From NCBI GenBank assembly GCA_053919585.1, contig JBSSHM010000304.1: a DNA stretch of 59,935 nucleotides; one strand, 5' to 3'. Of this stretch, positions 10,210 through 19,737 are shown piece by piece. This stretch comes from Euprymna scolopes (Eukaryota). The translations under genes were made by a program, and so were the position numbers. Under the pieces are notes generated by a model. That model saw only the letters and a list, made by a program, of their open reading frames with translations. It searched no databases and had not been told where the DNA came from. The stretch's first letter is position 1. Each line of letters begins with the position of its first letter.

Positions 10210-11135
10210 ATGAATAAATATATCCAACAGGCAAAGATAGGTTTTATTGGCTTGGGTATTATGGGCTTTCCTATGGCTAGTAATTTATTAAAAGCGGGTT
10301 TATCTGTGATAGCCTTTGCGAGAAAGCAAGAGGTGTGTCAGCAATTTATTTCTTTAGGTGGGCAGTGTCAGGTTTCTCCTTATGAAGTTGGCAAGTGTGT
10401 TGATATACTCATCACGATGGTTCCGGATAGCCCGCAAGTCAAAGAAGTGCTGTTCGCAGAAAATGGTGCATTAAAAGGGTTAAAACAAGATACATTAGTT
10501 ATTGATATGAGTACAATAAGCCCTGTTGAATCTTTGCTCATAGCACAGGAGCTTGAAAAAAAAGGTGTACGCATGTTAGATGCTCCAGTTTCTGGAGGTG
10601 ATGTTGGAGCAAAAGCAGGAAGTTTATCTATAATGGTTGGTGGTGATAAAAAGATGTTGCTCAAGCCATGCCTATTTTTCATATTTTAGGAGAAAACATT
10701 ATTCATGTTGGCGAGAAATCATCTGGACAAATATGTAAAAGTTGCAATCAAATGCTTGTTGCTCAGTTATTAAATGCCGTTTCAGAGACTTTGTATTATG
10801 CGGAAAAGACGGGGGTTGATGCCTATAAGGTTAGAGAGGCATTAATGGGAGGTTATGCAGGCAGTAGGGTATTAGAAATTCATGGCTTAAAAATGTTGCA
10901 AAGAGATTTTCAAGCAGGTTTTAAATCATCTTTGCATCTCAAAGATATGCATATTGTTAAACAAGCTCTGCAATATTATGATGTGGAGTCAATATCCACA
11001 GAAGTTGCTACAAAAAAAATTGCCACTGTTGTTGAGCAGGGCAATGGTCATTTAGATAACAGTGCTATTCATCAAATCACTCACAATAATAGTGATAAAT
11101 CTTGTGAAAAACAGCAGGGATTTAAACCTTTATGA
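10210..11135 (+). CDS. glxR: 2-hydroxy-3-oxopropionate (tartronate semialdehyde) reductase, HIBADH family; split by a 1-nt frameshift at about 10648-10652
   Basis: IGFIGLGIMG Rossmann motif, DMSTISP, DAPVSGG, CKSCNQ. Adding one A to the A5 run joins 10210-10689 and 10668-11135 into 308 aa (..GGDKKDVAQAMPIFHILG..). Confidence 0.75.
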
Positions 11136-11166
11136 ACAAATAATCTATATCTATCATTAAAACCAA

Positions 11167-11508
11167 TTATTGTGGTTCTTTAGGTATTTCTGCATCAATA
11201 TTATTTTTTTCTAACTTACTGACAACATTTTGTTGATCAAAATATACAATAAGATGTTTGCGGAAAAAGTCCCCATTGGATAAGCGAAGTTGATAAACGT
11301 AGATCCATTGATTACGATTTAAAGGGTTATACAAAAGCGGTAACCCAAGATAGGATTGTACCTGTTCTTTTGAATCACCTATTTGGATTTTATTCACCTG
11401 TTCTTTTTCAATAATATTTCCTTGTTGTCGTTGAGGTTTATACAGGCATCCTGATGAGATGAGGATTGCGACACAAAGAATAGTTGAGGTGATTCCTCGT
11501 ATAATCAT
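11167..11508 (-). CDS. bamE: Outer membrane protein assembly factor BamE (SmpA/OmlA lipoprotein)
   Basis: Lipobox ISSGC, QQGNII, SKEQVQSYLGLP, WIYVY. Confidence 0.9.
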   Translation of the reverse strand: MIIRGITSTILCVAILISSGCLYKPQRQQGNIIEKEQVNKIQIGDSKEQVQSYLGLPLLYNPLNRNQWIYVYQLRLSNGDFFRKHLIVYFDQQNVVSKLEKNNIDAEIPKEPQ

Positions 11509-12527
11509 AGATGGCTAGCGATTAGTTCCTCGGCAATTTGGATTGCATTCGTTGCTGCTCCTTTACGAACATTATCGGCAACTACCCACATATTTAATTC
11601 ATTTGGATGGCTAAGCCCTGACCGAACTCTTCCGACAAAAACATTATCACAATGAGCAGAGTCTAATGCTGTAGGGTAGGTATTAGAAGATAGATCATCT
11701 AATACGGTAATGCCTTCTGCTTGTCTAAGAAGCCCGATGGCTTGTTCTTTATTGATGGGTTTTTTTGTTTGGATATGTAGTGCTTCACTGTGTCCATAGA
11801 CTACTGGTACTCTTACAGTAGTTGGGTTAACTAAAATAGCATCATCTGCAAATATTTTTTTTGTTTCATTAACCATTTTCATTTCTTCTTTGGTGAAGCC
11901 ATTATCAAGAAAGACATCAATGTGTGGTATGCAATTAAAAGCAATTTGTTTAGTATAGACTTGTGGTTCGCTCACAGGAGTGTGATTAATTACTTGTTTG
12001 GTTTGCAGCATCATTTCATCAATTGCTTTTTTTCCAGAGCCAGACACAGCTTGGTATGTGGCAACATTTATACGTTCAATACCAACGTGATCATAGATTG
12101 GCTTAAGTGCTACAACCATTTGAATAGTGGAGCAGTTGGGGTTAGCAATAATACCTGTTTTTTTGTAATCACCGATACAATGTTTATTCACTTCAGGAAC
12201 AATTAATGGAATATCTTCGTGCATACGGAAGTGAGAAGTATTATCAATAACAACACACCCAGCTTGTGCGGCCTTAGGGGCATAATGTTCAGATACGCTT
12301 CCACCGGCAGAAAATAGTCCAATTCTTGCCAAGCTAAAATCAAATTCGGCAATATCAATAACCTCTATTTGCTGTTCACCAAATTGCAGCTTCTTACCAG
12401 CAGAGTTGATGCTTGCTAACGGATAGATTTTTTCAACCGGAAAGTTTCGTTCATGCAGTTGTTGCAAGAGAGTTCTGCCTACAGCACCAGTGGATCCGGC
12501 AATACAAACTGTATATTTTTTAGTCAT
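11505..12527 (-). CDS. asd: Aspartate-semialdehyde dehydrogenase
   Basis: GSTGAVG, IDNTSHFRM, IIANPNCSTIQ, YQAVSGSG, DNVRKGAATNAIQIAE. Confidence 0.95.
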   Translation of the reverse strand: MTKKYTVCIAGSTGAVGRTLLQQLHERNFPVEKIYPLASINSAGKKLQFGEQQIEVIDIAEFDFSLARIGLFSAGGSVSEHYAPKAAQAGCVVIDNTSHFRMHEDIPLIVPEVNKHCIGDYKKTGIIANPNCSTIQMVVALKPIYDHVGIERINVATYQAVSGSGKKAIDEMMLQTKQVINHTPVSEPQVYTKQIAFNCIPHIDVFLDNGFTKEEMKMVNETKKIFADDAILVNPTTVRVPVVYGHSEALHIQTKKPINKEQAIGLLRQAEGITVLDDLSSNTYPTALDSAHCDNVFVGRVRSGLSHPNELNMWVVADNVRKGAATNAIQIAEELIASHL

Positions 12528-13005
12528 TAGATTGGGAGAGTTTTAATGTTTTCTGTGCTTCTTTTGATTTGTTTTCATCAATTTCAGCATCAATGATTTG
12601 GCTTTTTTCCAAGTGTACCTTGACTTGTTTAGGGAGGATGCGGTAGAAATCTTGGCTATCAGCTTTATGGCTATAGCCAGTAAATAATGCACCGGTTTCG
12701 AAATTAATATTTTCAGTTTTCACTTCACCATGCACTTCACCACCGGATTTTATTTCTAAAAACTGGCAGTCTATTTGTCCATTAAACTTACCACTAATAA
12801 TAATATTTTTAGCAAGAATAAAGCCAGTAACATTACCGCTTTGACCAATGGTTATATTATTTGTAGAGAAAATACTGCCCTCAAAATAGCCATCAATATG
12901 GCAATCTGCATTCAGTTCGATTTCTCCTCGTATGGAACACCCATTTGAAAGGATGCTTTTTCCTTTATGTATTGTATTCTTATTAGGTTGGTTAAAAATT
13001 GCCAT
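12520..13005 (-). CDS. Bactofilin (CcmA-like polymer-forming cytoskeletal protein)
   Basis: MAIFN N-terminus and beta-helix repeats SILSNGCSIRGEI..HIDGYFEGSI..ITIGQSGNVTG..GALFTG. Confidence 0.9.
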   Translation of the reverse strand: MAIFNQPNKNTIHKGKSILSNGCSIRGEIELNADCHIDGYFEGSIFSTNNITIGQSGNVTGFILAKNIIISGKFNGQIDCQFLEIKSGGEVHGEVKTENINFETGALFTGYSHKADSQDFYRILPKQVKVHLEKSQIIDAEIDENKSKEAQKTLKLSQSND

Positions 13006-13829
13006 GGCACAGACTTAACGTTATAGAAAATAGAAGAGTAATTAATATTATTCCACTTAAGAAAATATTTTGGATTAAGATGCTTGTCGTTAAAGAAAAC
13101 TTCGTATTGTAAATGCGGACCAGTAGAGGTTCCAGTATTACCAACTAAGCCAATTAGTTGTTCGTATTTTACACGATCCCCTCTCTTAACTTTATACTCG
13201 CTTAGATGGGCAAACAATGTTTTAAAACCATACTTGTGTCGAATAATTATAGTTTTTCCATATCCATTTTGAGTACCTACATATTTTACCACACCTTCAG
13301 CAGGGGCATAGAGAGGAGTTCCGGTAGGACTAGCTAGATCCACGCCATAATGAAAGTGTCTAATTTTTTTTATTGGATGTATGCGATAGCCATATGGACT
13401 GGATATACGTGTAGGTTGTTTAATAGGGTAGCCATTTGGAATGACTTGAAATATAAGTTTCTTCTCCTCTTTATTTGGGACAATTGATGCAAAAATTTTA
13501 TTTTTTGTTAGCTTGGTTGTAGCACTGTTAATTTTAACGCTATTGATTAAGGAATAGAGATGGCTGAATTGTTCTTTGTTTTCTGCCAATTGTTTGGAGA
13601 GCAGAAGATTTTTTTCTGCTAAGGCAAGATGGGTATTGTCTTTGCTGACTAACTTATTTTGCTGATCATCCAAAAGAGAATAGAGATGTGGTACTAAAAA
13701 GAGTAGGAGGGTAATAAGCAAAATAGTGAGTGCTAATAAAACAAGGATAAGCTTATAAAGTGTTGTAGACACGGCAAAGTGCCAAGACTTTTTAATTCCT
13801 GTGATGTTAACACTAAATGATTTTTGCAT
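12912..13829 (-). CDS. M23 family metallopeptidase (Csd1-like), N-terminal TM plus coiled coil
   Basis: IPNGYP, SSPYGYRIHP, HYGVD (HxxxD), GNTGTSTGPHLQYEV. Confidence 0.9.
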   Translation of the reverse strand: MQKSFSVNITGIKKSWHFAVSTTLYKLILVLLALTILLITLLLFLVPHLYSLLDDQQNKLVSKDNTHLALAEKNLLLSKQLAENKEQFSHLYSLINSVKINSATTKLTKNKIFASIVPNKEEKKLIFQVIPNGYPIKQPTRISSPYGYRIHPIKKIRHFHYGVDLASPTGTPLYAPAEGVVKYVGTQNGYGKTIIIRHKYGFKTLFAHLSEYKVKRGDRVKYEQLIGLVGNTGTSTGPHLQYEVFFNDKHLNPKYFLKWNNINYSSIFYNVKSVPWQFLTNLIRIQYIKEKASFQMGVPYEEKSN

Positions 13830-13896
13830 TAAAAAAATTTATCCACCTTGTATTATGTATGAGAAATTTTTTAGGAAGAGGCGGTTTGGTTGTGTA

Positions 13897-14967
13897 TTAC
13901 TGAATAAAATGTTTCAAAATTAAGTCGCCCATTTCTTCAGTGCCTATAAATGATGAATAATTGGAAATATCTTGAGTTCGAACATCTTTTTCAATAACGT
14001 GTTGAACAGATTTTTCTAATTTTTGTGCATAATTTTCCATGTTGAGAGATGAGCGTAGGAGCATAGCAAGAGAAAGAATGGTAGCAATGGGATTGGCTAT
14101 ATTTTTACCGGCAATATCTGGAGCAGATCCATGCACAGGTTCATAAAGTCCTTGTTTTTTTTCATTTAATGAAGCAGATGGTAACATGCCTATAGATCCA
14201 GTAAGCATAGCAGCGATATCTGAGAGAATATCACCAAACATATTGCCAGTTAAAATAACATCAAATTGCTTGGGTGCAGAGACCAATTGCATCGCAGCAT
14301 TATCAACATACAGATGACTAACTTCAACTTGTGGATATTCAGGGGCAATTTCATCAATAATCTCACGCCATAGGCGTGTTGCTTCAAGAACATTTGCTTT
14401 ATCAACAGAACAGAGTTTTTTATTACGCTGCATGGCTAAATAAAATGCCACATGGGCAATCTTACGGATTTCTTTTTCATGGTAACGATAAGTATTAAAG
14501 CCTTCTCTTTCTCCATTTTCATCAGTATGAATCCCACGTGGTTCACCGAAGTAAATCCCTCCTGTCAATTCACGGACAATTAAAATATTTAAATTCTCTA
14601 CTAAATGCAGTTTAAGGGAAGAAGCATCAGCTAGTTGAGAATGTAGGATAGCTGGTCTTAAGTTGGCGAATAACCCAAGGTTTTTACGTAGAGCAAGGAG
14701 TCCTGATTCAGGACGTTTTGCCATATCAAGATGATCCCATTTATCGCCACCTACCGCTCCAAGCAAGATAGCATCAGATTGTTTACAAAGTGTTAGGGTT
14801 TCCTCAGGTAAGGGCTTTCCACAGTGATCGATGGCAGCACCACCAATTAGAGCACATTGATATTCAATAGATTCCCCTTGAGCAATCATTACATCAATAA
14901 TTTTTTGTGCTTGAGCAACAACTTCGGGTCCAATTCCATCACCAGATAGAAGAACAATTTTTTTCAT
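13897..14967 (-). CDS. leuB: 3-isopropylmalate dehydrogenase
   Basis: [47 protein letters not shown]. Confidence 0.97.
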   Translation of the reverse strand: MKKIVLLSGDGIGPEVVAQAQKIIDVMIAQGESIEYQCALIGGAAIDHCGKPLPEETLTLCKQSDAILLGAVGGDKWDHLDMAKRPESGLLALRKNLGLFANLRPAILHSQLADASSLKLHLVENLNILIVRELTGGIYFGEPRGIHTDENGEREGFNTYRYHEKEIRKIAHVAFYLAMQRNKKLCSVDKANVLEATRLWREIIDEIAPEYPQVEVSHLYVDNAAMQLVSAPKQFDVILTGNMFGDILSDIAAMLTGSIGMLPSASLNEKKQGLYEPVHGSAPDIAGKNIANPIATILSLAMLLRSSLNMENYAQKLEKSVQHVIEKDVRTQDISNYSSFIGTEEMGDLILKHFIQ

Positions 14968-15088
14968 GTTGGGGTATGTTTAAATGTATTTAAATTCTGT
15001 TAAATAAAAAAGTGAATTTATCAGGTTAAGTTTTATTACCTAAATGTAGGATATAAAGGCGTTATATCAGATGATAGAGTTCGCTCAG

Positions 15089-15097
15089 TGGTATAAT
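15089..15097 (+). promoter_or_regulatory. Candidate extended -10 promoter for gspCDEF
   Basis: TGGTATAAT (TGn-TATAAT) in the leuB/gspC divergent intergenic region. Confidence 0.35.
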
Positions 15098-15135
15098 TAT
15101 GTGGATAGTTTTTCAGAATTATACAAAATAAAAAT

Positions 15136-15167
15136 CCACTATACCCACTATATATATATCCACTATA
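15136..15167. repeat. Three direct repeats of CCACTATA
   Basis: Copies at 15136-15143, 15145-15152 and 15160-15167. Confidence 0.6.
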
Positions 15168-15274
15168 GTTGAGATGAAGTGAAGCCAAGTCTGAAGTTTT
15201 TCTTTAACCTATATTATAGTCTACTTTAGTTTTATTGTGATTAAGATCAAACCATTCGTTGGATTTAAACAGCC

Positions 15275-16210
15275 ATGAATTACGCATCAATAAATTCTTT
15301 GTTTTCTGCGACTATTTCATTGATAATAATGGTTCTTGTTGCCTATGTTGGCTCACTTTTTACTTGGCAAATAGTCAACCAACAAGATGAGAATAATCCG
15401 TTTATTTCTCCGATTGCTCAGTCAAATAATAACAGTATAGAACAAGGGAATTTATTATCTATCTACCCCTTATTTGGGGTTCCCCCTGTCGTTAAGGTAA
15501 CAAAAAAAAGACGTCCACAAGCTAAAAAACGAGAAAAAGTTAGGGCGGTCGCACCAAAGGTTAAGCTTAAATTACGAGGCATTTTATCTGGAGTAGAGAG
15601 CTATGCTATTATTGAGGTTTCTGGTGATCAAGGGGTGTATGCTGAGGGGGATAATATTTCATATTTATATATTTTAGAAATTTCCAGTGATTACGTTGTA
15701 TTTGATGATGATGGTATTGAGCACAAAGTATACGTCAGTGATGAGAGCGTCTCTATTGGTGGTGGGGAGCGTAGTCAACACAGTTCTGCTAATCAAGCAC
15801 AGCCAGACTATGTAAGTAGAGTAAGTAATAATGATATTGATAACAATGCCTTGCCAACATTTGTAGCAAATTTATCTTTTAAAGAGAAAAAGGCACTACA
15901 GGATTTAAAAAAAACATTACGTACAAACCCGCTACAAGCACTAGGCAAGGTTAATGCTTTTCCATATCGTGAGAGTGGCAAATTAGTTGGTTATCAAGTG
16001 ACTCCAGGATCAGAAAGGGTATTGTTTAAAAATGCGGGCTTACAGGCTGGAGATATTATTTTAGATATCAATGGAGAGCCTTTGTCAGAAATTAAAGATT
16101 TTACAAGAGGAATGAAGTTAATGGAGCAGCTGGGTCAGACTGATGCATTAGATTTATTAATTAATCGGCGTGGTATCGAACAAAGAGTATACATTAATAT
16201 AGAGCAATAA
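15275..16210 (+). CDS. gspC: Type II secretion protein C (TM, HR and PDZ domains)
   Basis: N-terminal TM, LFG, LKLRGIL..AIIE HR domain, GLQAGDIILDING PDZ domain; lies directly before gspD. Confidence 0.85.
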   Translation: MNYASINSLFSATISLIIMVLVAYVGSLFTWQIVNQQDENNPFISPIAQSNNNSIEQGNLLSIYPLFGVPPVVKVTKKRRPQAKKREKVRAVAPKVKLKLRGILSGVESYAIIEVSGDQGVYAEGDNISYLYILEISSDYVVFDDDGIEHKVYVSDESVSIGGGERSQHSSANQAQPDYVSRVSNNDIDNNALPTFVANLSFKEKKALQDLKKTLRTNPLQALGKVNAFPYRESGKLVGYQVTPGSERVLFKNAGLQAGDIILDINGEPLSEIKDFTRGMKLMEQLGQTDALDLLINRRGIEQRVYINIEQ

Positions 16211-16285
16211 AAAAAGGTTATCTGTATGAAAAATTGTTATAGATATATCTATAAAAACAAGTAACACGAGAGATAATATAGGTAT

Positions 16286-18214
16286 ATGTTAAATTATTTT
16301 ATTCATCTTACGATTAGGAAAGCGGTTCTTATTCTTGCCTTAATTTTTCTTTTGCCGGTGAGTTACTCTCCATTACCAGTTTTGGCAAAAACAAAAAAAG
16401 GTGTTGCTTCATTAAACTTAAAGAATGCAAGTCTACGAACATTAATCAGTACGGTATCACGAGCTACGGGAAAGAATTTTCTTATTGATCCTCGTGTCAA
16501 GGGTTCTGTTACTGTAGTAATTTCTACGCCACTAGATGCCAAGGCGTTATATCAAGTTTTTTTATCCATTCTTAAGGTGCATAATTTTATTGCGGTTGAG
16601 GGTGAGTATGTGACTAAAATTTTGCCAGCAAATCAAAGCAAGACAAATAGTGCCTATGTATCAGGTGCAAATCCAGATTCGTTAGTAACAACGATTGTAC
16701 CAATTAATTACATCAATGCTCAACAGATTATTCCAGTATTGAGACCTTTTGTATCATCAAATTCTTTTTTATCTGCTTATGCTCCGACGAATGTATTGAT
16801 TATTCATGATACTAAGGCGAATTTAAATCGCCTTAAAAGATTGATTAATGCGGCAGATAAGCCAATCGATCAAGATTTTGAAATTATTCCAATTAGGCAT
16901 GCAAGTGCTTTGGAGATTAGTAAAATAGTTAGTACATTTTTGTCACGTGAAAAAAATGTGCCAGCCAAACAGCGCGTGCATCTTGCTGCTGAGGTCAGGA
17001 CAAATCGAATTATTGTTAAGGCTGATAAAGAACAGCGTTTAAAAATTCGTGCATTGATTAGTGAGTTAGATATAGAGGATATTAGAGGGAACACAAGTGT
17101 TATCTACTTAAAATATGCCAATGCAAAGTTGATTCTTCCGATTTTACAAGGTGTGTTAAAGGGGGGGGATACAAAAAAAGGTGGAAGTAGTACACATATT
17201 CAAGCAGATGAAGAAACAAATTCTATCGTTATTACTGCACCACAAGATGTGGTATTTTCAATAAAAAGCATTATTCGTCGTTTAGATATTCGTCGTGCAC
17301 AGGTTTTAATACAAGCAATTATTGCCGAGGTATCCTCTGATATTCGTGATACGCTTGGCGTACAGTGGCTATCTAACGCCCGTGTAGATGTGGGGGAAGG
17401 TAATCAGGGGGCAGCAATTGGCACCATTAATTTTGATAATTCATTGCCAAGATTGGTAACGAATCCAGCACAAGCTGCATCGTCTATTCCTCTTGGAGCA
17501 GGTATCGTGGTTGGTGAGATTCAAGACTCAGTGAATAACATAGGTTGGGGGGCATTATTAAATTTGCTTAGTTCACATGGTCAGGTTAATTTATTATCAG
17601 CCCCCTCTATTGTGACATTAGATAATGAAGAGGCAAGTATTCTAGTTGGTCAAGAAGTACCCTTTATTACTAACACGCAGCTTTCTGCAAATAATACGAA
17701 CCCATTTCAGAATTATGAGCGTAAAGATGTTGGATTGTCATTAAAGGTTAAGCCACAGATTAATGAAGGCGATGCAATCAAGCTAAGCATTGAGCAAGAA
17801 ATATCTAATATTATTGCTACGGCACAGGCAGCTGATACCGTAACATCTAAGCGAACATTAAAAACATCGGTGCTGATAGATGATGGTAAGGTAATTGTCT
17901 TAGGGGGTTTAATGGATGAATCAGGAAGTGCATCACAATTAAAAATTCCTCTTCTAGGTGATATACCATTATTAGGGTTTTTCTTTCGGTATAGTAATGA
18001 TTCCTCAGCTAAACGCAATCTCATGCTATTTATTCGCCCACAAATTGTGCGAGATGGAAAAGCGCTTAATGCCATTTCATTAGCTAAATATAATGAGATT
18101 AAAGCACAAAGATTGCAACTAAAGGAAGAGGGTACACTTCCTGCTGTTAATATCAAAATTGACGATTATATTTACACATCAACGCTTACAAGTGGCACTC
18201 CTAAAAACAACTAA
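16286..18214 (+). CDS. gspD: Type II secretion secretin GspD
   Basis: TGKNFLIDPRVKGSVTV, LDIRRAQVLIQAIIAEV, TLDNEEASILVGQEVP, KIPLLGDIPLLG. Confidence 0.95.
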   Translation: MLNYFIHLTIRKAVLILALIFLLPVSYSPLPVLAKTKKGVASLNLKNASLRTLISTVSRATGKNFLIDPRVKGSVTVVISTPLDAKALYQVFLSILKVHNFIAVEGEYVTKILPANQSKTNSAYVSGANPDSLVTTIVPINYINAQQIIPVLRPFVSSNSFLSAYAPTNVLIIHDTKANLNRLKRLINAADKPIDQDFEIIPIRHASALEISKIVSTFLSREKNVPAKQRVHLAAEVRTNRIIVKADKEQRLKIRALISELDIEDIRGNTSVIYLKYANAKLILPILQGVLKGGDTKKGGSSTHIQADEETNSIVITAPQDVVFSIKSIIRRLDIRRAQVLIQAIIAEVSSDIRDTLGVQWLSNARVDVGEGNQGAAIGTINFDNSLPRLVTNPAQAASSIPLGAGIVVGEIQDSVNNIGWGALLNLLSSHGQVNLLSAPSIVTLDNEEASILVGQEVPFITNTQLSANNTNPFQNYERKDVGLSLKVKPQINEGDAIKLSIEQEISNIIATAQAADTVTSKRTLKTSVLIDDGKVIVLGGLMDESGSASQLKIPLLGDIPLLGFFFRYSNDSSAKRNLMLFIRPQIVRDGKALNAISLAKYNEIKAQRLQLKEEGTLPAVNIKIDDYIYTSTLTSGTPKNN

Positions 18215-18237
18215 TAAACTGGTATCTACATACTGAT

Positions 18238-19695
18238 ATGCTGAGTTTTAGTTTTGCACGCAAAAATCAAATACTTGCAGAAAAAGGAAATGAAGGCTGG
18301 ATAGTTAGTTACAGTGGCGATTTCAATTTACCTATTTTTGTTGAGACACAAAGAGTTTTAGGCAATATTTCTTCTTTACAGTCCATTGAAGGTGAAGCGT
18401 TCAATCAAAAATTACAGACCTTATACAGTGGGCAAACAGAAGGCTTGGGTGAGTTAAGCGACAGCTTAGATGGTGCGGTGGATTTAGATGAACTGGTAAC
18501 GCAGTTAGATGAACCAGAAGACTTATTAGAGTCGGAAGAAGATGCACCGATTATTCGCCTGTTAAATGCTCTTTTTTCTGAGGCAATTCATTCAAATGCT
18601 TCAGACATACATGTTGAATCATATGAATCACGTAACCGAGTACGTTTTCGTATTGATGGCGTCATGAAGGAAGTCATGACTTTGCAAAAGCACATTGCAC
18701 CATTACTTATTTCACGTATTAAAGTGATGTCCAAATTAGACATTGCAGAAAAAAGAATCCCTCAAGATGGACGTATTGCCTTACGTTTAGGAGGACGTTC
18801 TGTGGATTTACGTGTCTCAACCATGCCCTCTGCACAGGGCGAAAGGGTTGTGATGCGTTTACTTGATAAACAAGCAGGGAGATTGCAGCTAAATAGTTTA
18901 GGTTTGCCAGAAAAGAGCGTTCATTTAGTGGAGCAACTAATTAATAACCCATATGGTATTATTCTAGTTACTGGACCAACTGGTTCAGGAAAAACCACCT
19001 CTCTCTACGCTGTACTTACACAACTTAATAATAATCAACGCAATATTATGACAGTGGAGGATCCGATTGAATACAATATTGAAGGCATCAATCAGACCCA
19101 AATTAATGAAAAAATTGATATGACTTTTGCTCGAGGTATCCGTGCCATTCTTAGACAAGATCCAGACGTTGTCATGGTTGGAGAAATTCGAGACACAGAA
19201 ACAGCACAAATTTCAGTCCAAGCTTCACTTACTGGACATTTAGTACTTTCGACCTTGCATACGAATACCGCAGTTGGTGCGGTGACTCGTTTGCGTGATA
19301 TGGGGATTGAATCATTTCTCCTTGCATCAAGTTTAATAGGGGTGGTAGCACAGCGTTTAACCAGACGCTTATGTGAGCATTGCAAGGCGCCTTATGAAGC
19401 ACGGGAAGAGCAAAAACTAGTAATGGGCATTCCTGAGAGTGAAAAGATTGTTTTTTACCAACCTGTTGGTTGTGAAAGTTGTGCTAAAACAGGATATTCT
19501 GGGCGTATTGGTATCTATGAAATACTCATGATTGATGAAAAAGTACGTAAGTTAATTCATGAAGAAGCAAGTGAACAACAAATTTTAGAATATGCTCGTC
19601 AACACACACCAAGTTTGCAACAAGAAGCCTTAACCTACCTCATTGAAGGAAAAACCTCTTTTGAGGAAGTCGTTCGAGTTATCCACAATATTTAG
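18238..19695 (+). CDS. gspE: Type II secretion ATPase GspE
   Basis: ASDIHVE, GPTGSGKTT, LRQDPDVVMVGEIRD, GHLVLSTLHTN, two CxxC motifs. Confidence 0.95.
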   Translation: MLSFSFARKNQILAEKGNEGWIVSYSGDFNLPIFVETQRVLGNISSLQSIEGEAFNQKLQTLYSGQTEGLGELSDSLDGAVDLDELVTQLDEPEDLLESEEDAPIIRLLNALFSEAIHSNASDIHVESYESRNRVRFRIDGVMKEVMTLQKHIAPLLISRIKVMSKLDIAEKRIPQDGRIALRLGGRSVDLRVSTMPSAQGERVVMRLLDKQAGRLQLNSLGLPEKSVHLVEQLINNPYGIILVTGPTGSGKTTSLYAVLTQLNNNQRNIMTVEDPIEYNIEGINQTQINEKIDMTFARGIRAILRQDPDVVMVGEIRDTETAQISVQASLTGHLVLSTLHTNTAVGAVTRLRDMGIESFLLASSLIGVVAQRLTRRLCEHCKAPYEAREEQKLVMGIPESEKIVFYQPVGCESCAKTGYSGRIGIYEILMIDEKVRKLIHEEASEQQILEYARQHTPSLQQEALTYLIEGKTSFEEVVRVIHNI

Positions 19696-19737
19696 ACTGC
19701 AAGTAATTTATAAAACCCATGTCTATGATTATCTATT

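Noticed and set aside
10645-10655. Programmed -1 frameshift in the glxR-like gene
   Set aside because: T_AAA_AAG is not a full A_AAA_AAG heptamer, no stimulatory hairpin is evident, and similar indels elsewhere suggest sequencing error.
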